DNA of 46,948 nt from positions 1 to 46,948 of IMG/VR virus record IMGVR_UViG_3300010048_000006; one strand, 5' to 3'. The notes beneath the pieces are model-generated. The model saw only the letters and a program-made list of their open reading frames with translations, did no database searches and was not told where the DNA came from. The position numbers and the translations under genes were made by a program. Position 1 is the first letter of the stretch; every line of letters begins with the position of its first letter. This document shows, in pieces, positions 19,535-28,080 of the stretch. This DNA comes from a virus. Its lineage: Duplodnaviria > Caudoviricetes.

Positions 19535-21033
19535 TATTCACCTGACCCACCGACAGCTTTTTTAATTGCACAGTCGATATCATCATCGTCACAATCTCCC
19601 TCATCCTCCAAAGGAGTCTCTTGGCCCTTTGCCGAACCAGGATACACTAGTGCAGACGCAGGAGGAACTTTCAACTTAACATTCTGCATAGCTGATTTCT
19701 CTTGACCCTTTTCCGAACCGGCACCAGGATACACGCCTTTCAGTGTATCCTGGTAGCTCTTTACGTAAGCGTCTACAGACTCCTTAATCTCTTTGAGCTT
19801 GTCCATACCTTCGCCGGTCGTGCCCATAAAAGTGGGAAGGTCTGAGGCTAGTTGAGTAAGACCCGCAGCTTTAAGCTGTTGCTGAAGCTGCATAAAAGGA
19901 TGTCCTGTTGCAGCACTCCACAAGCCGGCTTTGGTCTTTCCAGTAATGAATCCATCAAGAGCTGCTGAGGCATCTTGAGCAGCTTTAAGCTTCATTTGAG
20001 CAGATGCAGGAGGAACCTTCAATTTGACATTCTGCATAGCTGCTCTGAGTCTATACTGTCCAAGAATTGTAGCAGCGTCGGCTTTTCCTTGAGCATTAGC
20101 GACGGCTACATTGTACTTCCCTTGATTATCAAGAATCTGCTTCTGATAAGCTGCTCGGTCTTTCTGAGCTTGAATAAGTCCAGCCGCAGCAATTTTACGC
20201 TCACTTGCAGCTTCAGCAGCGTTGAGCCTTTCAATCTCAGAAGGAGATACTTGTAGACCTCCCGCAATACGTTCCATCTGTTTCTGCTCAACAGAATTCA
20301 GCTGTGTCTCTAAAAGACGCTGAGGGTCTTGTTGAGCAGCTTGTTTTTCAGCATCTATTTTAGCCGCTGTAAGTTGTTGAGCAGGAGTCGACTGAGGAAT
20401 TCTATACCCACCAACAACACGAGGGTCCGTTTGAGGCTTTAATTGAGGTTGTACTTGCGACTGCTGTTGCTGTCCTTTACTATTGACATGTTGTCGAATG
20501 CCTTGCTCAAAACCAGCTATTGCAGGGTCAGGAGGCTCGGCTGGCATATTGGCTTCTTGAGCCTTAGTAAGCCATCCCTTGTACACTTTGTTGAGAATCT
20601 TAACAGAGTGTTTGTCGTTCAAAATATCATGCTGAGTAGCAGTATCTCCACTCTCAATAGCCTGCATAAGATTTTGAGCAATGTTTGCAGCTTGACTTTG
20701 AAGCTTCTGGTCCTGTCTTTTATTCCAGTCTGTAAGAAGTTGCGACACTCCTTGAACGGCACTATATGTAGCTGCTCCTTTAGGGTCAAGCTGTGACATA
20801 AACTGAGCTCCAAAAGGAGGTGGAGTATATCCAGGAGCAGTTGGACCTGCTTGTGGAGGAGGCATTGTTGCACCTGCTCCAGAAGAGTTGTACTTAATGT
20901 TCAAAGGAGTAACTCTTCCGGGAGCGACAATAGGTGAGGTAGAAGGCCCACTACTTTGTCCTTGATTCATCGTTTGCAAAAGTGCTGCAAGTTTCTGAAG
21001 TGTATCACCTGTTGTAGTTGTATTCGAAATCAT
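19534..21033 (-). CDS. Putative internal virion / ejection protein
   Basis: Gln/Ala-rich coiled coil; position in the virion operon. Confidence 0.55.
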   Translation of the reverse strand: MISNTTTTGDTLQKLAALLQTMNQGQSSGPSTSPIVAPGRVTPLNIKYNSSGAGATMPPPQAGPTAPGYTPPPFGAQFMSQLDPKGAATYSAVQGVSQLLTDWNKRQDQKLQSQAANIAQNLMQAIESGDTATQHDILNDKHSVKILNKVYKGWLTKAQEANMPAEPPDPAIAGFEQGIRQHVNSKGQQQQSQVQPQLKPQTDPRVVGGYRIPQSTPAQQLTAAKIDAEKQAAQQDPQRLLETQLNSVEQKQMERIAGGLQVSPSEIERLNAAEAASERKIAAAGLIQAQKDRAAYQKQILDNQGKYNVAVANAQGKADAATILGQYRLRAAMQNVKLKVPPASAQMKLKAAQDASAALDGFITGKTKAGLWSAATGHPFMQLQQQLKAAGLTQLASDLPTFMGTTGEGMDKLKEIKESVDAYVKSYQDTLKGVYPGAGSEKGQEKSAMQNVKLKVPPASALVYPGSAKGQETPLEDEGDCDDDDIDCAIKKAVGGSGE

Positions 21034-21034
21034 A

Positions 21035-22036
21035 CTAGCTCCCGAAAATTCCCCAAGGATTTGAGCTAATTAAACTTCCGACACCTCCGAGAAGTCCAGG
21101 AAGTGATCCAAGGAGGCTAGAAAGAACTCCTCCGCTTGGTTTATAAATTTGAGGCATTGTCGTAGCCATACCGTATTGTTCCTGCAACAAAGGATTGTTC
21201 TGTGGCAAATTCTGTGTGTATTGCTGAAGCGCGTTCTGTATTGCAGATTGGTCAAGATTTTGGATTCCTGTAGCCATTTGCATCTCTTGTGGCAACGCTT
21301 GCATCGTCAACTGACCAAGGAGACTCTGCTCACCTGTCGCAGTTTGAGCAAGATAATCCTGCATCGCATTCGCCATCTCAGATGAGCCAAGAGAGCCTCT
21401 AGAACCAAAGGCTTCTTGAAGGTTCGCCATTTGCTCCTGAATAGGAATGTTCATTGCTCCAATTTCGGACTGCCACATCGGCAGAACGTATGACAGAGGC
21501 CCACCAGTTCCAGGCACTCCATTAACACCACTTCCTTGACCCATAAAAAACTGTTGAAGTTGTTGCATCAACGGATTTTCTGGAGCAGTAAGAGTCCCTG
21601 GAGCGGTCATCATCCCAGTCGATGGAAGCATAACCGACTGGTCAAACATCGGAAGACCTTGACCAATCTGGCTCTGTAAATACGAAGCAAGATTTCCTGT
21701 AAGAGCAGGATCGATAGTAGGACCAGTCCTCATACCTCCAGGAATCCTATTCGCACCTCCAATAGGCTGATTCCACCCTGCGGCTGTAGTCACACCTGTT
21801 TGAGGAAGAAAGCCAGACGAGCCTGTCGGTCCTTGTGGAGCTCCACCAACACCTCCGTAGAGGAAAGGGTTCAACTGTACTGGGTTCGACGTAGGCGAGG
21901 GCATAGTCGGATAAGACATATACTGATTCCCAGACCCTCCGCCAAAATTGAACGTACTTACCGGCCCTAAAGTCGAGCCTGAACCGCCAGGGCCATTTCC
22001 TTGAAACAAAGCCGCAAAATTTGGAATAGCTGACAT
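21035..22036 (-). CDS. Putative ejection / pilot protein
   Basis: Gly/Gln/Met-rich, FGSRGSLGSS motif, amphipathic Gly-Leu C-terminus. Confidence 0.5.
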   Translation of the reverse strand: MSAIPNFAALFQGNGPGGSGSTLGPVSTFNFGGGSGNQYMSYPTMPSPTSNPVQLNPFLYGGVGGAPQGPTGSSGFLPQTGVTTAAGWNQPIGGANRIPGGMRTGPTIDPALTGNLASYLQSQIGQGLPMFDQSVMLPSTGMMTAPGTLTAPENPLMQQLQQFFMGQGSGVNGVPGTGGPLSYVLPMWQSEIGAMNIPIQEQMANLQEAFGSRGSLGSSEMANAMQDYLAQTATGEQSLLGQLTMQALPQEMQMATGIQNLDQSAIQNALQQYTQNLPQNNPLLQEQYGMATTMPQIYKPSGGVLSSLLGSLPGLLGGVGSLISSNPWGIFGS

Positions 22037-22044
22037 CTGACCTC

Positions 22045-22773
22045 CTAATACATATACCTACGAATTATTGGTCTAAGAACCTGTTCTGTGCGCCAACCTT
22101 CTTGTTCACGTCGCTTTTTCCTCCCAAACATCAAGCCTGGACGTTGAGGAGTCTTAGGGTCTCCATATAACAGCGTGTGAATTTTACCAGACTTCTCATA
22201 TTCAAGAAGCTCTATGAATCCACGCTCTGCTGCGGCGAGGATAATAATCTCATTCCAATCATTTGGCAAAAGGATTGGTGTTGTGTTGTCAACAACATTG
22301 TTAGCATCATAGATAATAGGATGTTGCTGTAACATTCTCGTCTGTACCTGATAAGCCTGGTCAGGTATAGGAGTAAAACCAATCGAACCTCCAAAGCGAT
22401 ACCACTCGGTTGGCAGAGAGTAAGTTGGCTGAAAATTATCCGATTTTTGATAATGAGATAGTTCCAGCTTTCTTCGAATGAGGTTCGTTCCTGGGTCTTG
22501 CCATAAGAGTATATCCAAAGTAGCTACGTTGTACTGAACATTCGCAGGAATAAGATTAGGAACCTCTGCATACTCTTGAACTTGAGGAGTCAAATTGAAC
22601 AAATTTCCATACAACTCAAGTTGATCAAACTCATTCCTAAGCTCGAAGTTGCTTGTGATTTCAAGAATAGCATCTCGAATCCACACATCAGCTCTTGAAG
22701 TATCAGTCGTTCTATTCTCTACTTTTAGAATGACCTCAGCCTCAAGCTGAGAGATAGTAAAAGTAACACTCAT
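22045..22773 (-). CDS. Putative head-tail adaptor (podovirus tail tubular A-like)
   Basis: PTEWY...FTPIPDQAY...LLPNDWNEIIILAA pattern. Confidence 0.6.
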   Translation of the reverse strand: MSVTFTISQLEAEVILKVENRTTDTSRADVWIRDAILEITSNFELRNEFDQLELYGNLFNLTPQVQEYAEVPNLIPANVQYNVATLDILLWQDPGTNLIRRKLELSHYQKSDNFQPTYSLPTEWYRFGGSIGFTPIPDQAYQVQTRMLQQHPIIYDANNVVDNTTPILLPNDWNEIIILAAAERGFIELLEYEKSGKIHTLLYGDPKTPQRPGLMFGRKKRREQEGWRTEQVLRPIIRRYMY

Positions 22774-24642
22774 TTACCGACCTCCCATTGGAAATCTTGA
22801 AGGAGCAGTTACAGTAAAACCTCCAACTCCAACTACAGGAAGAAGGTCAGGGTTTGAAGGGGCACTACTGGTTACAATTACGTTGTCGGACAAACCTCCA
22901 GTAATAGTAGGTTTGAACACTACAGTTATAGAACAAGAGTTGCCGGCTCCAAGCGAACTGCCACAAGTGTTGCTGACACTAAAATTGATACCAGATTGCA
23001 TAGCGATATTCGTGATGGATAGAGACGACGCTCCGGTATTAGTAAGAGTGATCGTTTGACCAGAACTAGGAGTATTTACTGCCTGGTTTCCAAATGACAA
23101 TGACGGTGGAACGTATGAGGTACAAGGTCCGACGGAACAGTTTGCTGTAAACCAGGTAAATGCTCCGCGACTCCAGCATGAACCAAAAGCCCTTCCGGTA
23201 ATATCAGCCGTGAACAGTGTCTGAGTAACACCACAACCACTTGACAAGGGTGTAGTAGGGTCAGTAGAGCCTGTCAAGGAGAAAGTATTTTGAGAGGAGT
23301 TTATAAACGGATTACCAGCATTTCCCGATGCTGTAGTATTACCGCCCTGCGCACCAGTTGTCACGTCATCGTTGGTGGTAGAAAAGTATGAGTTGTGGTT
23401 CCATTGGCATGACGTTGTGATGAATGTTCCTGTGCCATTGCAGGTTATGTGTACTATAGGAGAGCTGCCATTGTTCCACCACAGAGTGTTCTGCCACACC
23501 AAAGTTCCGATTGTGCCTATATTGTCATTGAGAATGGGAGTACCTGGATAGCCAGCCCCGCCAGACAAATTGAGTATACTGTTATTCAGGAACTTCAAGG
23601 TGGTGAACGTACAACCTAGTGGAGAAATCAAGCCGTTACCATAATTTCCAACAGGGTAAGGCGATGCTATAATAATCTGATTGCCATAAATGTCCCATTC
23701 ATCAACTGTAGTAGTGCATGACGGAGCTGCCCACGGTGCTGTTCCCACAGGATTGACAATTGTGCCATAACTGTTGGTAAATCCACCATTGAAGCCATTC
23801 GAAATGGCGAAGTCCTCGCTGTGACAAGCACTATTGGTGCCCAACTTGTCTGGCCCCATCCAATACTTCGTAACAGTATTGCCGCCCTGATTGACCTTGA
23901 CATAGCCCTCAGTGCTGTTATGAAAGTAGGCGTTCTCAATGAGAGTACCCTGAGTTTGAGAGATGCCGGAATCGCCAAGGGTGACAGGCTGCTCACACAA
24001 TGTAGGCTGCGTATCAGCAAAACCTCTAAACTCCACATTGTCGAAAACGTCCCCGATTGAACCTCCATGCCCCGCCACACTTACGATTACTGCATTACCA
24101 GCACTGCCGTTTACCTGAGTCTGAAATACCATACCAAATGACGAGTCGGGGCATAGTGCAATTGCGGAATTGGACGAGGCGCTGCTGATGTTAGTCGTAC
24201 TGCATCCGGCAGTGCCATACTGACCCTCAAAGGTAAAATTATTAGCGATAAGCCTAACAAGCATATTCATTACAACTGTGCCAAAGATAGCTGCATGGGA
24301 GTAGCCAGTATTAGTACAATTGTCGGTGTCTGTAACAGCTTTAATGATGACTCTTTGTGCCCCACTATTTGGAGTGGCGTAATAGACATTAGAACCAGTC
24401 AAAGTATAGGTGCCCTTGGCCAGATAGTAGGAAGCTCCACGAACCAGTGGCGTCCCTGTGCCTGATGGTACACCCGGCGCAGTAGCTTCAGGGTCTGCTG
24501 TGCCTCCAGTAGCAAAGCTGGCCATGTTGTTCCAGTCAATACCACTCTTAGTCCCACTGCCCGTAGGCGAGGCGGTGAAACATTGGGCGTCAACAATAGG
24601 AGCTACGAACAAAAGCAGAACTGGTATAATCCAACATCTCAT
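22774..24642 (-). CDS. Signal-peptide beta-helix-like protein with C-terminal ASH/choice-of-anchor-D Ig domain
   Basis: N-terminal MRCWIIPVLLLFVAPIVDA-Q. C-terminal SLSFGNQAV...TITLTNTG...NTCGSSLGAGNSCSITVVFKP. Confidence 0.7.
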   Translation of the reverse strand: MRCWIIPVLLLFVAPIVDAQCFTASPTGSGTKSGIDWNNMASFATGGTADPEATAPGVPSGTGTPLVRGASYYLAKGTYTLTGSNVYYATPNSGAQRVIIKAVTDTDNCTNTGYSHAAIFGTVVMNMLVRLIANNFTFEGQYGTAGCSTTNISSASSNSAIALCPDSSFGMVFQTQVNGSAGNAVIVSVAGHGGSIGDVFDNVEFRGFADTQPTLCEQPVTLGDSGISQTQGTLIENAYFHNSTEGYVKVNQGGNTVTKYWMGPDKLGTNSACHSEDFAISNGFNGGFTNSYGTIVNPVGTAPWAAPSCTTTVDEWDIYGNQIIIASPYPVGNYGNGLISPLGCTFTTLKFLNNSILNLSGGAGYPGTPILNDNIGTIGTLVWQNTLWWNNGSSPIVHITCNGTGTFITTSCQWNHNSYFSTTNDDVTTGAQGGNTTASGNAGNPFINSSQNTFSLTGSTDPTTPLSSGCGVTQTLFTADITGRAFGSCWSRGAFTWFTANCSVGPCTSYVPPSLSFGNQAVNTPSSGQTITLTNTGASSLSITNIAMQSGINFSVSNTCGSSLGAGNSCSITVVFKPTITGGLSDNVIVTSSAPSNPDLLPVVGVGGFTVTAPSRFPMGGR

Positions 24643-25517
24643 TGGACGCGATAACCCCCATGTGTCGGAGTCCCAGCAGGGTCAGAGAATGCTCCTACCT
24701 GAATTTGCCAGGTTTGATTGCTATTGGAAAAGCCGTAACTATTTGTACCTGGCGTTGTAGCTTCTGCATACCCTAACCCTATTCCAGCACCGGCCGCTGA
24801 TCCAACGTCAAAGGTACATGATCCTCCTGAAGTACTGAATCCATTTGCCAGAATGAAACCAAAGCATGGTACATACTCAGGGTTTATAGAGGTAGTGTAG
24901 GATACTGCGGCATTGCCAGTACCGGCAGTTGCCTGAGCGAACTGAGAGCCACTCAGTCCATTATTATCAAGTATCCACGTACCAGGATGAGGACCACCAA
25001 CATCCTCGCAGCCTTGCCGACTGAAAAGAGAAGACCCTCCCCAACTCAAAGTAAATGTATCATTGATTGATGACGGCTTTGCGTTCGGCGTCCACCAAAG
25101 AACGTCTGTAAAACCTCCACCGGCAGCGTTGGTGACAATGCCGTTAGGAAAGGTGGGGCTGATTGTAGTACCGATGGATGCAAAAGTTGACCCTGGTGTA
25201 TCTGAGCCGGTAAAAGTAAGTGTTGAGGAGGTACCGATTTCTGTCGCGCACCAAACCAAATCTCCTGTAACAATGGCTACAGTCCCACCGGCAATAGTTG
25301 CTGTGGCACTAGTGGCTGTGCCTGCATTTACAGGAGAGGAACTACGGCACGTAAATGGGCCTACTATCGTAGAATTGCAATTGGTTGATGCTAGAACCAT
25401 CTCAACCATTGAATGCATCCAGGTTGTTCGATACCATGTTTTGGGTGGGACCATAAATAGACTAAAGATGCCACCAAACAAGAAACCAATCACCAAAGCT
25501 CGTTTTATTCTTACCAT
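24639..25517 (-). CDS. Thr/Gly/Ser-rich protein with N-terminal hydrophobic segment
   Basis: MVRIKRALVIGFLFGGIFSLFM; beta-rich composition. Confidence 0.6.
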   Translation of the reverse strand: MVRIKRALVIGFLFGGIFSLFMVPPKTWYRTTWMHSMVEMVLASTNCNSTIVGPFTCRSSSPVNAGTATSATATIAGGTVAIVTGDLVWCATEIGTSSTLTFTGSDTPGSTFASIGTTISPTFPNGIVTNAAGGGFTDVLWWTPNAKPSSINDTFTLSWGGSSLFSRQGCEDVGGPHPGTWILDNNGLSGSQFAQATAGTGNAAVSYTTSINPEYVPCFGFILANGFSTSGGSCTFDVGSAAGAGIGLGYAEATTPGTNSYGFSNSNQTWQIQVGAFSDPAGTPTHGGYRVQ

Positions 25518-27709
25518 GAACCATCCGCCTTTATATGAAGGTCATAAGTAGGAGACCCAGAAATTGACACTGCAAACTGAATATTAGGGGATGTTGCACT
25601 GATAGCCACATTCAAATTGATGCTGGCAAAGGACGCTGCACCCAGAGACGTACAAGTAATAGTACTAATGTTGGACTGAGAAGTACCCGAGGAATCTGTC
25701 CAGCCAATGGTTAGTGTGGCGCTGGCTGACGCGGCATTCCTGCAATTGAATGCAGCTCCAATGTGGAACACGTTGGTTGACATTGTGGCTGAGGAAAATA
25801 CCAGGCTATTGACCAATACTGAGGTAGTAATGGCAGTCGTACGTCCTATATAGTCATTCCATGCCTGGAACGAATCTGGACCAACACAGAACGGCTCTAC
25901 TGATATTGGATAGATTCCCGCCCCCGCATTGGTAGATTGCACTTGACCAAGCACGCAAATTGGACCAGAAATCATAGAGAGGGTAGGCGTCCCAATGTCG
26001 GAGCAATCTCCTGCCACATTGACACTAGCCACCACCCAATCATTTACAGTGGTAGGAGTGCCAAACGTACAGTTGGCAAGACCAGACCATGCGTTATTAC
26101 TGTCTCCGGAGGTTCCAGCATTACTGACAACGGGCCATACAAATGTGTCTGTGTCTCCTGTAGTAGCTCCTATTGCAAATGATCCTGATCCATTACTATC
26201 AAACTTTGCAAGATGAGCATTGCTAGTTCCAACTGACGTATTATTTGCTAAAGAAGGGCCAGCTTGAGGAAGAGTGCCGGTTCTCTGGAACGCAGGAGCT
26301 TGTATGCCGTTTGGATAGGTACAGAGGAAAGCACTTGATACCACACTACACAATGAATTGACAATGGATGTAGGACTCAACGCAACTGGAAAGAATGTAG
26401 CTGTAAGCCCACTAAGACCACTACCACTCCCAAGACTTGGAACATACCAAAAAGTACCATCGGTATAGATTAGAGCAAGTTGATTGGAGTTAACGTTTAC
26501 TGACGTAGTGCAAGTTGTGGTACAAATACTATTCGTAGATGAAGTTATCGTCGCACTACCAGTACTACCGACGTAGAGTCCAGTTGTATATCCAGCAGCA
26601 AACCCCGTTGAGCCTGGAGCGGCAAGTGTAACGGCTACTGTTCCAGTATTAGTAAGAATAACAATGTTGTTGTTGTCAGTAGGAGATACATTAGTTCCCT
26701 GAAACGTATACGACGCACCAGTTTGTTTGTTCGGAGCCACTCCAATCAGCGCGCAGGTGGGGTCAACAAGGCTTGAAGTGGTTAAGATATAAACCAAACT
26801 GCAAGTTATCGGACCCGTACCAGAACCTACTAAGTTTGCATTCGATGGGCCTTCAGCAATGATAACTGAATGAGCCGTCGGGTTGGATACTCCAGTACCA
26901 CCTCCAGAGGGGTTAGTGATTCCAGTAATTTCGAACTTCTCATTCCCAGTACTCGGATTAGAAGGAGTAGTTGTAAGTCCGATTGAGTTAACAGTACTTG
27001 TTATAAAAGTACAGGGAGTTCCTGTTATTGTTGTATTCAAATACAAGCACTGTCCCGTCGTAGGAGGCGTGCTTGTATTAAGCAGAAACTGCGAAGCACC
27101 AAAATCAAGCCCGATAACATTCTGAGCCGTTCCAGTCCCACTAAGAGAATGACCTGCCGAGAAACCTCCCCCACCTCCTGCACTTCCCCAAAGGCTACAT
27201 GACGTACCAAAAGCTCCAAGACAAATTCTTAGTGTTTGTAAGCCAAGATCGTAATACTCCCCACCAACAGCAGCACTTACTTCAGTAGAGCTGTAAGCGA
27301 TAGTAATAACACTCGCAGGAACTCTAGGCGAAGGAGGCGCTATTGAAACAGCTTGTGGTGAGGACGTTAATACTGTAACAAGCGAGTCGAAACAAGGACT
27401 CGGAGCTGCTTGAGGACAAACGGTAATTTTCCACTGCGAATTTGCTGGAGAAATATTTACATTCGCCGGAAGAGCAATCGACGCTGTTCCTGTCCCACTA
27501 AGCGAGCCAGCTTGATTATTGAGCGTCCCTCCACCTGAGGTAATAACCGACCCTCCAGCAGGCTGGCCTTGAGGAATTAGTTGGGTCTTCCAAGTACCAC
27601 TGTTCCATGTTTGAGCATCAGGAGTGTCAGTAACAGTCAAATTGACTGTTGTTTGTCCATGAGCAGGAAGAGCAAATAAAATTGTTAACAAAAGTAACAG
27701 TTTTCTCAA
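25511..27709 (-). CDS. Signal-peptide, Cys/Thr-rich tail-fibre-like protein
   Basis: MRKLLLLLTILFALPAHG-Q; GGTG fibre-like repeat; TTG start after GAGGTG. Confidence 0.65.
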   Translation of the reverse strand: MRKLLLLLTILFALPAHGQTTVNLTVTDTPDAQTWNSGTWKTQLIPQGQPAGGSVITSGGGTLNNQAGSLSGTGTASIALPANVNISPANSQWKITVCPQAAPSPCFDSLVTVLTSSPQAVSIAPPSPRVPASVITIAYSSTEVSAAVGGEYYDLGLQTLRICLGAFGTSCSLWGSAGGGGGFSAGHSLSGTGTAQNVIGLDFGASQFLLNTSTPPTTGQCLYLNTTITGTPCTFITSTVNSIGLTTTPSNPSTGNEKFEITGITNPSGGGTGVSNPTAHSVIIAEGPSNANLVGSGTGPITCSLVYILTTSSLVDPTCALIGVAPNKQTGASYTFQGTNVSPTDNNNIVILTNTGTVAVTLAAPGSTGFAAGYTTGLYVGSTGSATITSSTNSICTTTCTTSVNVNSNQLALIYTDGTFWYVPSLGSGSGLSGLTATFFPVALSPTSIVNSLCSVVSSAFLCTYPNGIQAPAFQRTGTLPQAGPSLANNTSVGTSNAHLAKFDSNGSGSFAIGATTGDTDTFVWPVVSNAGTSGDSNNAWSGLANCTFGTPTTVNDWVVASVNVAGDCSDIGTPTLSMISGPICVLGQVQSTNAGAGIYPISVEPFCVGPDSFQAWNDYIGRTTAITTSVLVNSLVFSSATMSTNVFHIGAAFNCRNAASASATLTIGWTDSSGTSQSNISTITCTSLGAASFASINLNVAISATSPNIQFAVSISGSPTYDLHIKADGSW

Positions 27710-27717
27710 AACTCACC

Positions 27718-28080
27718 TCAAACAATAAAAAAACTAATAGTTACTCCAGCTTGAGTACTTTGTAGAGTAATTTGAGTCGAAGTCGACGGTAAGGTTCCGT
27801 TAAAAATGTCTGTGGCTGCACTTTTCGTCATTACATGATACCCTACAGGAATTCGACCAAGATTGTGAGTAATTGTCAAATTTGTATTGGCTGTTGGAAA
27901 AGTGACAGTCTTCCAAACACCGTCAATATTGTCACTGTTTGTTCCATCTCCGTAGCCAATCTTTCCATTCACAACTGATGTGAAATTTCGGTAGACTTTT
28001 TGCAAAGTCTGACCAAAACGGCTCAACGATTTTTCCTCCGGCTTAGGAGTCACCCAATCAATACTAGGAGTAGCTTTCAA
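27718..28080 (-). CDS. Small tail-associated protein
   Basis: ITHNLGRIP motif typical of phage tail-fibre-associated proteins. Confidence 0.6.
   Translation of the reverse strand: MKATPSIDWVTPKPEEKSLSRFGQTLQKVYRNFTSVVNGKIGYGDGTNSDNIDGVWKTVTFPTANTNLTITHNLGRIPVGYHVMTKSAATDIFNGTLPSTSTQITLQSTQAGVTISFFIV

Noticed and set aside
19652-20042. Diversity-generating retroelement TR/VR pair
   Set aside because: No reverse transcriptase in the genome; the differences are silent and not adenine-specific.
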